Below, one piece after another: positions 1-16,269 of a stretch of 64,000 bases of DNA. The DNA lies in the NCBI GenBank assembly GCA_977030845.1, contig OZ365112.1, positions 6,572,001 to 6,636,000 of the forward strand, read 5' to 3'. Origin of the DNA: Fimbriosthenelais zetlandica (lineage: Eukaryota). The translations under genes and the position numbers were made by a program. The notes under the pieces were generated by a model, which did not search any database, had not been told where the DNA came from, and worked only from the letters and a program-made list of their open reading frames with translations. Each line of letters starts with the position of its first letter. The first letter of the stretch is position 1.

Positions 1-1967
1 GGGAGGGACAGGGCGTGTGACAGTGAACACAGACACTAATCTAATATTTCAGTTTATGGCTTGGTTAACAGCGATTCATATTTAGGCTAACCTTGTCTCG
101 CACGTTTGGCAGTCGTATATTAAGCTGTAATGTTACAGGCTATACTCGAGTCATGTCCCATGGCCCCGTCATGGCATGGGGACAAGCGTGATAATGTAGA
201 TTGAGGGTATATCCCTGTCAGTGAAAGATGAGGTGAGCGTTTCATAAGGAAATACGCGAGAGATGCGCGCGGTTTATCATCCAGTGATTTTTAATCAAAG
301 AGCGCCTCAGAGACATGGACGGGACCGCGGCTTGGCTATTGTGGCTTCCACTGTTTTATCAGTGATTTTATGGTGGTGATTAATTATTGCTGGCCTAGAT
401 TAATGATTACCAATACTGATTACTATATAGACTCCATGGTTTTATATTCCTAATGTAAGAGGTATATAGTAGGTGTAACGTGGCACACCCACACATGCCT
501 GCCTGAGGTAATCACAGAGTGAGTAGTGCATGGAAAGCCACCATTTCTACAGGTCCATCTCACTGGCCACTGAATTGCCCAAGTGAATCCAACAAAGTAC
601 ATCACTTTCCCTTTCATTGTAATTATTCTAATTTCATTCAATTTAAAAGTGATATCAATTTAAAAAGGAAGAAAGTTTTAAATGGTCAAATAAGAGAAGA
701 GATTTCCAAAGCTCATTCTCCAAATTAAATTGACTTCAACCGCATATTATTTTACCTATCACGTATATAGACATACACATACACAGCATTTAAAGTGTTG
801 CATACATGTATAGTTTGTCAGTCTGCCAACATATAAGCGACATTACTGATACACGATCATATATAAATTCATTTTTACCAGAATGAACAAAGGGCCATCT
901 CCTCCTGTAGGCCAGGACGTTATGGGGTGGGGACATTACTATATATGACCATCTTGCCCAGTGGGAAACCTTCCTAGAGCCCAGGAGGTAGATGCTCTTC
1001 CAGACGGGGTTTAGATCATTTACTGCTATTCAATCAGATCTTCACAGTGCCTGAAAGCTAGCTTCAGTTACATTGTCAATGCCTCTCTAATATACAAACG
1101 GACTTCATTTGCTAACACATATTCGCCATATGGTTCATCCGTATATATGATCACATAATATGCTCTCATGTGAATTATGTATCAGCTTATAGATGAAAGT
1201 TAAGTACACAGAGGCCATCTGGCATTAGATTACACCAAGTTATGTTAATCAAATGATTTGAATTACATATAGGTATTACTATTGAGTAATAGGTCTTGTA
1301 GAACAGTAAGCACCGATAAAATCAAATATTTCAAAAAGAGAAAAACATTTTTGTTAAAATTTCTGAATGAAGACTGATACAAGCTGCCTGAAAATACATT
1401 GTACAATGTAATTGGTATAAATAAAAATCCTTCAAACTTCAAAAACCTTTTTTTTTAAGTAAATGCCATTCATATTTTCCTTGGTAAGGCAGAGAGTGCA
1501 TTGAAAAGTAGAAATCACAATTTTCTTATACTGAAAATATCTGACCTGAGAGGACTGAAAAAGGCTGTGAAGTCACAGTGTCCTCGAGTAACACTGAAGC
1601 GCCCAGTTCCATCTAAAACGGCTCAGTTCTATTTAAAGACACTAGGGGCGTAAACCTTCTTCAATCTGGGCCTTGATCAGAGTGGATCTGTGGACGTTAA
1701 AGGTATTCACCGCTGTAGGTTTTCTAGCGGGTGAGGAAAACCAATAAAAGATCCAATAGAAGGAGGCTTTGTTGCCATTGGCGCCTCTTGATATGTTCAA
1801 AGCAGGGTAGGCGATGTAAGCTAGATATATAGGAGGACGCAGGGCCACGCGTACACATGAGTAATATGTATAAATAAAACATTGATACTCACAAATGTAC
1901 AAATGTTACTCTAAAGAGTATTTTGTTACACGGGTGGTTCACATTTCCCTATTTAATCTGGCTCTGC

Positions 1968-1982
1968 GGGGGGGGGGGGGGG
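1968..1982 (+). repeat. poly-G homopolymer (G15)
   Basis: Uninterrupted run of 15 G read directly. Confidence 0.95.
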
Positions 1983-4900
1983 AATATCTGGACAGAGAAA
2001 TGTCTGGAAGATTTAAAAAAGATGGAGACTGACAAATGAGGGGAAGGAGTGGATTTATCTGGGTGGGTTAAGGGTTGAACAGACCCGGGGCTGACTGAGA
2101 AGGAAGGTAATGAGTATGAGAGGAGATAACTCTATCACCCATGTCAGACATGGCTGGGTATTGGTGGTCAGGCAGCCGTATGATCGACCTACAATAGCAC
2201 GCCTCACACTGATTACAAATAATCAACTCACCTTCCCCGCCAACTCATGCATGATTCCGTCAAAAGGCAATGGTACATTTGTGGTGAGAGGACATGCCCT
2301 ATCTGCTGGGTAGTATTATTCTTTAAGCTAACAGCGGAGGGATTCTTATCAAAGTTCTATTGTCATTGTTTTAATTCATTCGTGAGAGAATTCAACAGGG
2401 GAGGTTCCATGAAAATGTTATGGTAGAATTCACGACAAAGACATCAAATGTTACAAATGGTCAAGTAATCAATATAATAGTTAGAACAGATGTAGATCTC
2501 AAGCTTGTATGGACAGAGGTTACTGATGTCTTAGCGAAAGTTATAAATTCCATACTAAGTGACATCAATGCTAAAGTGAATAAATAATTACATAAATACT
2601 CATATCATGAACTTCATAACCAAAACTTATATATGTGGTTGTAACCGAGATTGGGCATATATTTCAGACTCCTAGGGAGATGAATAATGCAAGTGTTTAA
2701 AAATGGCCATGTATCTATATCCCATCGGCAATTATTGATCTGCACTTTAATCGTGGCGACATGGTGTCAACTCCATTGATTGGAACCATTTAAGTATTAA
2801 AAGCCTGTAATTGCTATACACTTGGAAACTCCAACTGATTATCTACAGATCTGTCTCATTCAGACACTCACGCTTACAGTTGAAGAGAAAAAGCTCTCTT
2901 GAATGTATATAGCAACGGGAAAAAACATGCTTCAAGATTATGACGGAAGGAAGGAACAAACGGAACTAAATAGCACGTGTTAAAATGAATGATGTCCTAT
3001 AACTAGGTTATAGATCATACGATGCCTGTTATATCACAGAGCATCATCATGTATAATTGAGTTATCTTGTTCTATTGGTTCCGCATACTTGATTATATTA
3101 ATTTTGCTCTCTATCATATGGATTCAACGAATTATCCCAATTTTAGCAGTACCAATACGATGCCTGATGACATTAACATGACAAGGGATACCTAAAAACG
3201 TTTCTACTCAGGATTTCCTTTGGGTTAAAACTCATAGAAGCTCTTGCTTGAAAATCATGAGCATATGCATGGTATTTACTAGTGCAGTTTTATACTTTCA
3301 AACTGTCATCTATTAGTTTAAAACCTGTCTACTTTGCTAACATTACTGGCTCACTTTTACAAAAAAATGGGGTTTTGACTCAAACCTTTTAACTCAATAT
3401 TGAGTTTAAAGCTTCAAAATCCTTTTTTAGATGCACCGACTACGAGTATTGCCATGTTTAAAACGCAAAGGAGTAAAAAATGACAAAGGCAATTTCTACA
3501 AGGGATGTTTTACTACAAAAAGTAGTCGCCATTACGTCAGGGGTAGGCGCTAATTAGGCTTCCCCAGTGAATGATTCCCTTCATCGCAATGTAACAAAAC
3601 ATCTGCGAATGGTGCAATTAAAATATATCACATCCACCGCATATCCCTCACATCACGACGTTTTCTATGCCTTGAGCACTGATGCAAATGATCCACCACC
3701 ATTGTAATCGCTGACTTATTCATATGCATAGGAAACTATACATTCTTTCAGGGTGTACTTCTGGGTTTTTTCCTTGTCCATCTCATAAAGCAGAATATAT
3801 TTACATACTTAAGTATTAAATACACAGCTTAAAGGCAATAGTTAAAAGTGTCTTCCACTATAATTAGACACAAGGGAAAGGAATATGTTGGTTTAAAGGA
3901 CCCTGTACAATTTTAGGTAGAGACATGGTAACCCATTGTAAATTCAGAGAACTCCTTCTTTGTCAGTCTAACCTAATTGTGGTCTGCAGACAAGGCATAG
4001 CCCGGCATAACATATGCACAGTGAAAGAGCTAACTAGCATTTAAAATTCTCCGGTAACGGGTTTCTAAGTAGCAGTGGAATGTATGGCCAGTTGCTAGTC
4101 TTTTGGGAGTCAGCAACCCGGGTAATAATCTCTGGGGAAGCAGGTCAAACTGTATGTGCCTACATATCTGGCTCATTATGGCTGAAACAAGTGGGTATTC
4201 ATGTCCTATAGGTTTCTATCGCAAATCAAGATAATACACCAGTGTTTTATATCTAAAAAGGTCTAAAAATAACAATAATAGTGGGAGGATTTGCCAGGGC
4301 ACCCAGACATGAGTCGGCACTAGTTTTAATATCTTGCCTAACCCACTGATTGCCTTGCTCTTCCCCCATCCACCCTCTCACCCGGACAAACAAATCAGCC
4401 ATGTTTTTCCATACTATGAGCTATAGGTAGGGGCATAGGGTTCCCTCTCTACTAATCGGAGCTTTTGCTAGGACTGCGACCTGTGACCTCACGTGGTACA
4501 AATCGACACCACATGACACTAGATATGGGAGCGAGGCTGGTTGGAGTGCTGTTCAGATAGAGGGTCGTTAGAATTCCTAGGAAGGAAAGGTCAGTCTGTG
4601 GAGGCATCTCCCTACCCACACCGCAGCCAGTCCCTAAACCAAATGATGCTCATCTTTGTTTTTCATGCTCATTACAGGTTGGTTGTTTTTACATTTGGGT
4701 TTGAAGCCTTGGACTTTCCAAGGGTTAGGGAAATTATAGTCGAAGAATGTAGAATTATACGCATTTGGCAGACAGTATCTTTGCAATTGAGCTTAGGCTA
4801 CTCTTTGAAATTGGCTTTAATATTTTGTGTCCGTCAATATCAATTTTTCTTGAATTTTATCATAAATTGGAAATTGTGACAAAGGTCAAAACCTTTGATG

Positions 4901-7900
4901 ATTGGAAATTGGTGGACATTTGCATACTTGATTCTCTTCTGCATGGTAAATTACGCTTAATTTAAGACTATCACACAGACAGAGACCTGGGTAAAAGAAT
5001 CCAACTCTCTGATCTCAGACGAAATACAAGAGAGCTGTGAGAGGACTGGTAGGTGTAAGTGGCCATGTTTGGTGGGTAAGAGAGAGGTGAGCTGTGTACA
5101 GTAGTGAGGTAAGTTAGCGGGATGGATGGTCGGACATCATTTGTAATTAATCATCCTACATATCAATCAATGCCTCCACTATTCTCCTGTAAATGAGAGA
5201 AACCTCCATGTAGGAAGACCAAGCCCCAGGTCGGCGCCCATGTTCAAATGTCTTGGTGGTTAAAGATAAATTGTGGACGTTATCTCGTGTTGGTTCTAAT
5301 GAAGAGACTGAAACAACCCCAATCAGGAGATAATGTCATTAGTGTAGGCTGATCTGACTGGACAATGGAGTGCTACCTCCGACTGGTCAAGGTCGAGGGT
5401 TTGATCATTTAAACCCTTTAAACAAGGGTTGCTTATTGCAGGTTTAAAAGCCTGAAGACCACAGACTAAACCTCAAATAATTGTATGGAAAATGCATGTC
5501 CATTATGTATGGGTAAAATGTGTTTTGTCCAATAGTTGGCATTGGTATATAGACTACCACTGCATGCTATAAATCATATCATATGAAAGGTGAGGCTAAA
5601 ATATGCCATGTGCATAGCAAGCGCAAAACTAGCATCATTTTGCTAATGCACCATGATGACCTACGTTTCACATGCAAACTGACTGTTATTCTTTCGGAGA
5701 GGGAATTAGTTTCAGGATCAGGCGTGGAACAGAACACTCTTTTGTATTGATGTTCCAAGTGTATTCGATCGTAACCAGAACAACACATTATTCCCCCGAT
5801 AAGAATGAAGTTGCCTTTCGCGTGATCTAATCCAAGCGCACGCTGAGAAAACCTAATCCTATGTCAAATGATCGAGCTACTTTTGACCCCGGAACAATTG
5901 CTCCAACTTTGCTGCTAGCTCAAGTTTCAAGTAGTTTGATATTCTGACATAGGCTTGATTACATATATACGTACTGGGTAATTACTGGTCTGATTGATTT
6001 TACAAATCTAGATAGGGCACGCCTTGTGAGTTAGATTAGATCTATACATAATATAGAGCTACATGCTCTTTGGTCATCACAATCAGCACTCTATAGGTCA
6101 GATGGGAGCCAAATCATGCTATATCTAAACCAAATGTATCTGATTTATAGATCTACTAACCCTTTATATTGCCATGGGAGTAGATTTAAATAGAGGTTGT
6201 GAGAAACCCATCAAACCTAGACGTCAGTTGGGACTACTTAAGCCTAGTCATATGAGATAGGGGAGAAATACTTATATGTGGATTAAGCTGAAGGAAATGA
6301 AGCCACATGTTCAAATAGGAGCTTCCTTGAACCTCAGTTTCTAAGCTTCGCCTGAACTTCACATTCAATTGCACATACTACTTATTCAGCAGGATTTCTC
6401 CAATATCATCCAGCCAGATGATATTTTCGAGTTTTGTTCACTCATCGGGGATAATGGCTGGGGCTTATACATTGAATGAATACTAAAACGATCCGTGTAC
6501 TTAGTGAGAGTACTAATATTGAATAAAAGCTGGCTTTTTAGCGGTGTGAGCCCCCTACAGACACTTGGACCATGAGTGGCTATGCCACTTTCAGATTCTC
6601 AACATGACACTGGGCACGCTTAAGCCGCCACTGTTTCTACATTAAATTACATCAGTGTTGGATGTCAGATAGCCATATTGCATGACGTTACACAATCAAT
6701 ATCTATATAGAAATTGCCTGACATAAGGAGCCCCCCTTTTCTAGTATACTGGAGATCAGCCCCAGTAGTTTTTCTTGTAAAACAACAAACTTTCCCCTCC
6801 CAGGTGCAGTCCGCTGGGTCTCTTGAATGTGCCTCAGGCCGCGAATTCCCACGTCCTCATCACGTGTTGAGAAAAAATAATTATCAATTTATATTAACTA
6901 ACTGGCCCTAGTGTCCACCATGGGGGAAATTATAGACTTGATGAACTGAAGTAATCATACTTACACGTATGTGGCACCCTTCAGTTAGTTATTTTGAATA
7001 TGGTTTATTTTACTCAAAGGATTTGGGCCAGGGCATAGGTAGGTGCAATTTTTATACCATAGGTGAAACTGGTGGTGTTAGAACTTACACCATAATCTCG
7101 TGGGTTGGGCTGCTTGTCTCTTCATCCTGGCCTCAGGCCATGTCTACTTTGATTAACCTAGGGCCCAGATATCAAGTCCTCCCCCTTTTCCCTCCAACAT
7201 TATATGCCTCCCACCACCATTACTTAATTATGAACGGTGATGGAAAGCAGGTCTCGACCCATACCTAAAGCACCTCTATAGATGGGTGGGTTAGGGTAAT
7301 GAGGCCTTCCTTCCTTCCGTAAAGGGAAATAATTATTGCCTTGTCCACAGACCGTTTCAACATACATGTGTATTAATGCACAGGGCTGCATTAAATAAGT
7401 GCTTGTATTCGTATCCATACAAAAATTCGAGTGCATAGCATTTTACGAATATTTTTTCTAATTGAAAGAATACATACATTTAGCAAGAGAAATCACTCAC
7501 TTGAATACCTCCGAAATATTTTTACTCATAAGCATATAGCAACCTAATTAAATCCTAGCGTAAAATCCATCTAGAAACCTCTAGAAAGGAAAAGGAAATC
7601 ACAGACGGGACTGCGAGGAATCACATATCTGGATGGAGACCTGGAAGGATTTTTCTTCACAAGTTAAGTAGAGAGCAGTACGCCCTGACGGTGTGACATG
7701 GCTGGGCTCAGGTGTAGGGGTACTTGGCCGTCTTCCTCCAGGGAGGGATCAGGCGGGCTCACTTAATGCCCTCTCACAGCGGTTAACACATAGATCAGTA
7801 CTAATACTACCTTATGCAGCCATAAATCCCATGTCAGGCAAGAGGCAAAGATGATTAAAAGATGACTGCTTCCTGTGTATGGGCGGAGGGTAGGAAAACG

Positions 7901-8159
7901 AGGAAGTATAGTGGTGGGAGGGATGGTTAAAGACTTCCACACTCATACACTCTACCACTATATATACGTGAAACTTGATGAAATAATCATTCATTGCCTT
8001 TCAGTCTACTCTATATATTCAAGCAAAACTAACATTTTTTCTCACAATATCACAATCCCCATTGTTATCCTGTTGGGATGCTCATCGATTCGTACACCTG
8101 TAAAATATCCATCCACTTTTTTTTATATAAAAAAAATGATGGAACACTTTCGATTTTTT

Positions 8160-8176
8160 CATCATCATCATCATCA
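8160..8176 (+). repeat. (CAT)5 microsatellite
   Basis: catcatcatcatcatca read directly. Confidence 0.85.
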
Positions 8177-11100
8177 ATCATTTTTGAAACTTTCCTTCCT
8201 GTAACTTTGTTCTCATAATATTATAACACATGAGCTCGATCCCGTAGCTAATCATACGCTCTAGTACGAAAAAAAAATCGGATAACAACTGGCAGAAAAC
8301 CTGGAAAAACAATATGTGAAAAGTGGACTTACTTTGGCGTTGAGTCTTGTGTGGTTATTAAGCTCCAAGGTAGATCTGTTCTGATCACTTAGGGGGAATA
8401 TTTCCCCTCGCTTTGGCCTTTTCACCAACTCTCTCTTCTGCTGGGTCTACTTCTGCTTGAGCTTTGGAGAGCAGCTGTTGTATACGCTATAGGAAGCATA
8501 GACTCTCTTCTCTTGCTTCTGCGGCTGTGCCTTCTGCTGGGTAAGAAACCTCGGCTGGTATATAATTGGAGGCGCCCACTCAGGTCCGTAGGTGGGGTTC
8601 TTCTGAATCCACCTCCACCCACCCACAAGTACCAGCTGCTACTGGGAGTGAACCTGTGAATAATTAAAGATAACTTCAGAGCAGAGACCAGGAGCAATAA
8701 TGCAAGGGACATAGGGGTTCATGAGACGAGAGCTGACGGAGGCATGACTCGATGGGCATGGGTCAACGACATGGGACGGGATGACAATGTGTCATAATGT
8801 TATATCAAGTGTCAGAATTCCATCCATGCAATCCCTCAAAATCCGTTTCAAAACTGTTTTAAAAATTATTTCTAACTGAAGTGATTTAATTGATAAATCT
8901 TCCTTTAATGTGAAAAGTAATACATGTATTTTGTGAAAAACAGACTGTGATGAATGCACTTAATATGTACGGGATCATCTCTTGACATCACCAGACACAA
9001 CTTAGCATTTAAACTTAACTAAAGACAAACAAGATAGAATACCGCTTCATATCACCCCTAAATACCCAACATGCCAAAAGAAACAAATGCCCACATAAGC
9101 CAAGCGCCAGAAATACCACCAACAACAAACTTGTCAGCAAGGCATATAGGAACCGCGGGCAGATTAGAGAAGGGTGTACTTGACTCCCTCTTTCTTCTAG
9201 TGAAAGGAAAGATCTGAGGGAAATCAAATAAGACTGAAGTATCATGAAGTTGAGAGAATAATCTAGCTAGATCTTAGAGGCAAAGAGAAGTCTATTTCAG
9301 AAGAAATGGTAGGAGAATATAGAACGGATGTTACCAGAGAGTATAGGTATGTGTGATTTCATGGGATGGAGCCAAGATGCGGAAGTAGAATAGAACCACA
9401 TGCTCATCGAGCACTCTGTGCTTATTGCCATAACCATAAACTGCCTTCACCAACGATCAGCGACAATTTGTAAGTTGAACCAAACATTGATAACCTTGCA
9501 TAAGGATATGTTATCCCAATAAACTGTCCATGCAATCCCAACTCATCCAAGTTATTTCTCAGCTGTGGCATGTTATATGTCACCTGATACCCATCGCAAT
9601 GAAAAGTTTTCTGTTCAAATTGCAATTCAGTCGGCATATCTGAAAGATGCCTCTTAACAAACATGTTCTTTTGGCAATAAATATTAATGAATTGAAAGCT
9701 GATCCAGTAATACAGGTTTGTATGGGATGTCAGGAGACTTCAAGATTCATTTAAATATCTTTCACCTACTAGGCAATACACAGGGCATATATTCAAGTGG
9801 TGAATTATTCAATATTGCTATGACTGATCAGTACAATATTGAAATGCATGAATGGCTATCCATTAAGCATATTTTGTAAAAGCTATGGGCAGTGTCATAA
9901 GGAAAATCTTTTATTTTGTATCATGATTTATAGCAAATAAATCCCAAAATTATAGCTTATTTTAAATGACACATGCACACCCCTGGATTCTCACCCTGGA
10001 TCCCTGATATAAAGGTCGTTTGGATCTTCTTTAGGACATAATGGCTGGTGTGAAAAGTACTCGCTTTATCAGTTCGTCACTGGAGCAGGATATTGCCAAG
10101 ACAATGAATTCCAAAAGAGCCCCGACGAGGGAAGAAAATTCCAGCTATTTTTGGTCTCATGGAAGGTGGCCCTGAATCCCTTATTACGGGGGAGCGACTA
10201 AATAAATTGCCTTTCAGCAGTGTTTTAGGCATGCTTCACAAGAATAGGTCATTCTGGCTTGAGATTTCAGTCAATTGATTTTCCTATTTTCTTGTTCAGA
10301 AGGGATCAGATTTCCTGGCCGTCGTTTGTACCAGTCATATTGAATTTTCTCATCTGGGAGTAGCTGGCGCGCGTACAAAAAGGGCCTTCTGTTTTGGTTT
10401 TAAACAAGCGACTTCGAACATCGATTAAACAAAGGCAAACCACTTTTCTCCGACGGATTGGCTGGCTGGGCACGAAAAAGAAGTCCTAACGGCTTTAAAA
10501 TGGAATTCAAACTCGATAATCATGGTAAAAATCTCTACGACTGACTGCAACTCCAACTCATTACCTTAAAATCCACAGTGGAGACAGATTTGACCGGGTT
10601 TGGTAACGGAAGACCTTTGGAGTCGATGTTCAATTACTCCTTACACGCGTCGGAATGGAAAGGTTTAAAACGAGGGATCCTGGACACTCCTGAGGGCTTA
10701 ACAGGTGTGGCAATATTCGAGAGGGTGGTAGCAATTTCACTCCAAGCGGAATTGCCACACAATGAGGTAAATCTAGCCTGAACTCACCATTTTGCTGTCC
10801 GTTCACTTTTTAAGGAATGTCACAGTCAATGTCATGTTCAACAAGGTCTATTCAAATTGACTCTGAGCGATGGATGTAATATTGGTGCAGATAGCTGAAG
10901 CATGATTTTCAAAGAGGAAAAAATCCGAGGAAAATAAATATCAATATGCACGGAGAGCGCTTATGAAGAATTTCTTTTAGGCTATAGTGCAGCAATACTC
11001 TAATTTCTTATACAGTGCTAAGCTTATAGCTAGCACGTCAGTTTTTAAAGTTCATAAAAGGCAACTTTGGGCTCAAAACAAGGCCATTTTCATTCAATGT

Positions 11101-14100
11101 ACAACTTGATCTTTGGGTAAATTTAGTGCATGAGGGAAAGATTTTAACTTGCCCGAAATTGTTGGGATGATTTATGAGGATGCAACAATTGGCAAAGCTA
11201 AATGTCCAGGAAGCAGACCTATTGGGAATGGTAGAAAGCCATGGGAAAGGGGAAGACAATTAATAAAAAATGACTGCCCGCATGATGGATGTAAGAAAAA
11301 GATGGATTAGCAAACTCTTTCCATCCATACTTTTAACTTTAAAAAAATCCCGAATTTGTAATAACTTTTAAAAGCAGAGCATCCTTTAAAGAACAGTCAA
11401 TAGTGTGTATTCTACTAAAACATGCTCACAAGCTTATTGACAGACTCAAAACGTGAATATTGTGAATAACAACCCTCAGCAAATGAATGATTAACTAAAG
11501 CACAGGCCAGCCACAGATCTGTCTATGACTGACCAGGATGGTGGATATTAGGTCTGACCCCTCGAGGCGCATAATCCCATTAATATGAGAGATAGAGAGG
11601 CGCCAGAAATAGATGTTATTATCACTGGGACATCACAGACAGCTGGCCTTATTGTGCAGCATGCTTTCCCATTAAGGCAGAGTGGTCATCCCATGCTATG
11701 TCCAGCTAAATACTACCAACAGGGTCAGCCTAGATCCACCTTGCATAATGCAAAAGTAGACTTTCTGCTGACAACAATATGTTCTGTTGATGCTTTTGCC
11801 GGAGTGAGCATGGGAGCGTGTCACCGATGATGGGGCCCCTTCAGGAGTCTTGTTCCGGGAGATAGGTAGAGGTGAGGCCTAAGTTGATTAGGCATTGGTT
11901 GTAACACTACTGTCTATTATCGCCCTGGTAAGAGGAGGTTTCTCGCCCAAACACTCACTAAGACACCTTTGGACCACGAGGAAGCCATGTCGGGGATGGT
12001 TGGGGTTGAAACTATAGGACCATAAAGGGATTATTTACACGGTTGGCACAAGGCTACTGATGATGAAAACATTAACTTCATGGAGATTATTTGGGATTAT
12101 AATAACGCATTATATAGTATAAGCAGCTGCATGACGCTGTATTTATCCATTATGGTAAGATGTAAAAAAAATTATCATAAGGGGGTAAAATTATTTGCCA
12201 GGGATATCTGTAGGCTAAAACTAATTATGCACAATTATGGTAACAATGCTCTGTCCCTTTTCTCAGAAGGTGAAATGCAAAACAGACTTATTCACTCGGT
12301 AGAATGTGAAAAGACATGAATTGTATAATTCATTGGTAGTGTATAATCAATAGTAAATGGCCGTTATGTTTCTGCATCTGGCAGGTTATTATGCAGGTTA
12401 TGGTCGTTATGTTAATACAAGCTGCTAAAGCCTCGTTCATGTTAAACATGACCTTGTTCACTTAGCACCTTAGACCGTCATTCACAGTCAATATAATGGT
12501 GCTCTATAAAGTCTTATCCCAACACCCACAATATAGTTCATAAAATATAATATCACATAACGAGATAAGGCTTTATCTCTGCCACTCAGACAAGGCGATT
12601 GTCAGCCTACTGAGGTGGCCCGTTCACCACTGATAACCATTTACCATAGTACATGACAAAACAAGTGCCTGAGAAGTTACTGGCTTTAGTCATCATGCAG
12701 AGACAGGGACTGGAAAGGGAAAGGGAGAGGGAAAGGGGAAAGTAAGGGAAGTGAATTAATAAATTGAGGAAAAGATTCAAATAGATAAAGAAAATTTGGT
12801 GCTAAATTGAAATGGAAGCCATTAAGAGAGAGTTCCTCCTGAGCATGGTAAGGGATGAATGGGAGCTAAGCTGAAGCCATGCAGTTGTAGAGCTTTTGGA
12901 TTCAGGTGTTTAGCAGGCCTTCTCATCACATGTAATGACATTGTGAAATTGATCAATCATGACGTTGAATTAAGTAGCCTAAATGGTTCAGTGTTGGAGC
13001 AGGGAAGCAGAGTTATTTCATTATAGTCGACAGCCTTAATGGTTGGGCATTAGGAAACGATGTGCCCGTGAAAACCCATGCGGGTAGGCAACTCGTCCAT
13101 AACAATGTTATTATCTCGTCCCTGTAGTTTGAAAAAGTAGGAAGGATATCGAACTGATTTGTTCATCATAGACCCGTAGAAAATGCTTTATCCCACGCGC
13201 GTCTTCAAGTAGGAGTGACGCGAGGAGTAAATCGTGCATTGAATGGTGTCAGTAAATTGCATTCAATCCACTCACTCTCCATCACGGTCCCCGCTTTACA
13301 ATTCCTCCTTTAGATTAACTCTCACTTTGATTTTTTTACAAAATGTATAACAACCATTCCGTCGATATGTGGGTAACTGCTAATAAAATAATGTATTAAA
13401 ATGCAGTGAAACATTGCCGGTATTTGAAGACAATGTAAATACAATTTAACGCTTTTCTTACACAATTTGCAACGGTTACTGTTTTAAATTTCTTCAATTT
13501 GTAACTGGAGAATAAAGCTGTCACTTTCAAAAGGAATTGTGTCATTGTTATAGGACTTTTAATTCTCAAACTCACAGCTTTTCAATTCGCGGAACTTTTC
13601 CATCAAAACGGATTTATGACAAAGGGATATTAATTGCCTATTCTGGCACATTCTATTGTTGCCAATGTGGATATGAAAAATAATAAGAATGGTCAATCAA
13701 TGTATCAGGAATTTATTTCCTATCTTATATATATCTGCATTATTGTGCAATTATGATGGTCACCCTTACATGGCAATATTTGCCCCCAGGCCTAGCGTCC
13801 AACCTAGGTACCACCACTCCAACTTCCAGCGCCAAATGGAGGCCTAGCGTGCATATTTTCAATTACAGATATTGACCTAGATTACCCACGGGGTGGCACA
13901 CCAGAACCTCCTTGGTTTGTGGTATTTTTTTCTTTGTTCTGGCTTTCTGCCCCTTTTTGTACTTTGGATGATTTAAGGCATATGGGGGAGGAAGAGGTGG
14001 AATTTTTCAAGGACGAGGTCATATATTATCCTCATCAGACTGTTGTAGGGACATGCAGGGTGGATGGGGGTTAGGTATTATTTCATGGGGTCGTAGCGAC

Positions 14101-16269
14101 CCTCCCAACAAAGCTTGGCAATGAAAAGACGCAATAAAAGGCAGTGGTGTATTGATGACTCTATTGACCACTTTGATGAGAGCAGAGCAGCTATGGCTGA
14201 CTGTCACGCAATGCCAGTAGTCCTTCTCTCAGATAACACGAGCATATTCTCCCCCAACCTTTACTGCATCATGATATACACTCACACGCACTGATGAAGG
14301 AAGCATTGAAAGGATATCAAAATGTTTTAGGGATATAATTGAACATATCTATACCTGTTAGCATGTTATGCTTTCTAAACAATCATATTGCATGTATATC
14401 TCACACTAGGTCAGAATGCTGAAACCAAGTGCAAAATCATTTTAGCCTCCTTTTGTGATATAGGATGTTTAAATTTTAGAAAAGCAGCATTTTTAGTTTT
14501 TGTCTGTAGTTGTCATTGCATGACATATAGGTGACGAAGAGGCTGTGAAATGTTATTTACCCGTTAACAGGTTTGCAAGTTGGATGCTGAAGACAACCTA
14601 AAAGTAATAGACCATATGATGAACATATGTGCTCCATTTTGTCCTTTGGCAGTGAGCTGAATGCAGACTGATTGCAGAAGAAAATCCATTTTAATTGGCA
14701 GCCAATTTCACTTCAATCATTTCTTCACACTTCGTGCGCTGAATAAATCAAAACAATTTGCATAGAACAATTTGCATTGTCCAATAAGATGCCAAAATTA
14801 CTAGCAGTCACCTGGTGGCCCTTGTGCCTACTAAATGACTTCACAAAGGAAGCAAAACTCGGTCCGTTGTCATTTTCTCTAAGAATTTAAGCTACTGGCT
14901 TGATAACATTACCTACATGTATGCAGGAGAGTGGCTGCATTAATCTATATTTGGCGCTAACATCCAACTGATTTGCAAAAAAGATATGCAGAACAATTAT
15001 GGAAATTCAAGAGATGAACATGATATTATCCAATAACAGTAGCATCCCGTTATTCTGGGAACGTGTGGAAGCAGGCTCACACCACTGTATTAACAATGAC
15101 GATATTCCAGTTATCAGCAAGCCACAATGTGTTTGGTGTCAGAACCCTGCGGACTGGGAGCTATTGATATTGTCTTCTTGCATGGTCACTATAACAGCAA
15201 TGGCTTGAATGGCCTCGGGTGGACTCAGTGTGTTTGGGGCCGTCTACTCCAGCACAGAGTAATCTTTGCTATCATATCAGTACATGCTAAACAAGTATCC
15301 AAGCAGGAATCGACACCTATGTAGGTTTTATTGTCTACCGGGGCTAGGAAATCTAATTTACCCTCCCCAGCCCATCTGAGTACTCCCTGCCTGTCTTTCT
15401 TCCTATCTTTCCTTAATTCTCTTTCCATCTCAGTACTACAGAAGATCGGGGTATGTAAAGAAGGGAGGAGTGCAAATGGCTGCCTATCTCATCAAGAGGC
15501 ATCTGTGTACTTCTTATCCCATTAGGGTGAGTTGTGGTAGGGGGTTTGCTGGGTTATTCAATTGTGACTTACATAGGATGTCAGCAATTCGGCTGCTACA
15601 ATTTAGTTCATACCGTTGCAAAGTTGCAACGAAAAGGCAATTTTTGACAAAGTCTGAAGTTGTTGCTTTAACAATTTCTCAGACTGATCAGACTATTTAT
15701 AATAATCAATATTTGAGGGGCCAGTAATTTCTGCTTCCGGGATCATTTTCAGGGACTGGGAGGCCAAACCATCATGAGTCTGGTTAAACATGAAAAGGAC
15801 TCATTGTTAATTATTACATAACATGGAGAAGTTGGCAACATGTACCAGGAAGAAAGCCAGCACGCGATTTGCAAACAGCCTCCAAATAAACGTGCCTTGG
15901 CGTGTGGCTGCATACATTTTATGAAAAAGTACAGGAAAGTTGGCACTCCTTTTAGTGTTCTTTTACAGCCTATGTAAGCAAAGACTCCTTTTGGTGCCAG
16001 AATAGGTTATGAATATGATAAAAACTCAAGATAAAAGAATGTAATATGGACAAGTGCTATGAAGGATGGCAATAGGCAATAAACAGCACCTTTCAACACC
16101 TGGGTTGCACCTCAACAGATTATAGCCGTTAAGTATTCAGGCGCAAACCGTTGCGGGAGACAGAAACAGTTGCTGACTTATTGATATGTCAAAGGCGGAA
16201 TAAAAAATAAATGCAAGAGAGGTGTGTAGTTCTTGCCTATATACGTGGCTATAGGACATTCTGGTATGA

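Noticed and set aside
8422-8712. 96-aa ORF with a signal-peptide-like start and Arg/Ser-rich tail
   Set aside because: The Arg/Ser bias follows from CT-rich low-complexity sequence on the + strand; no homology or splice support.
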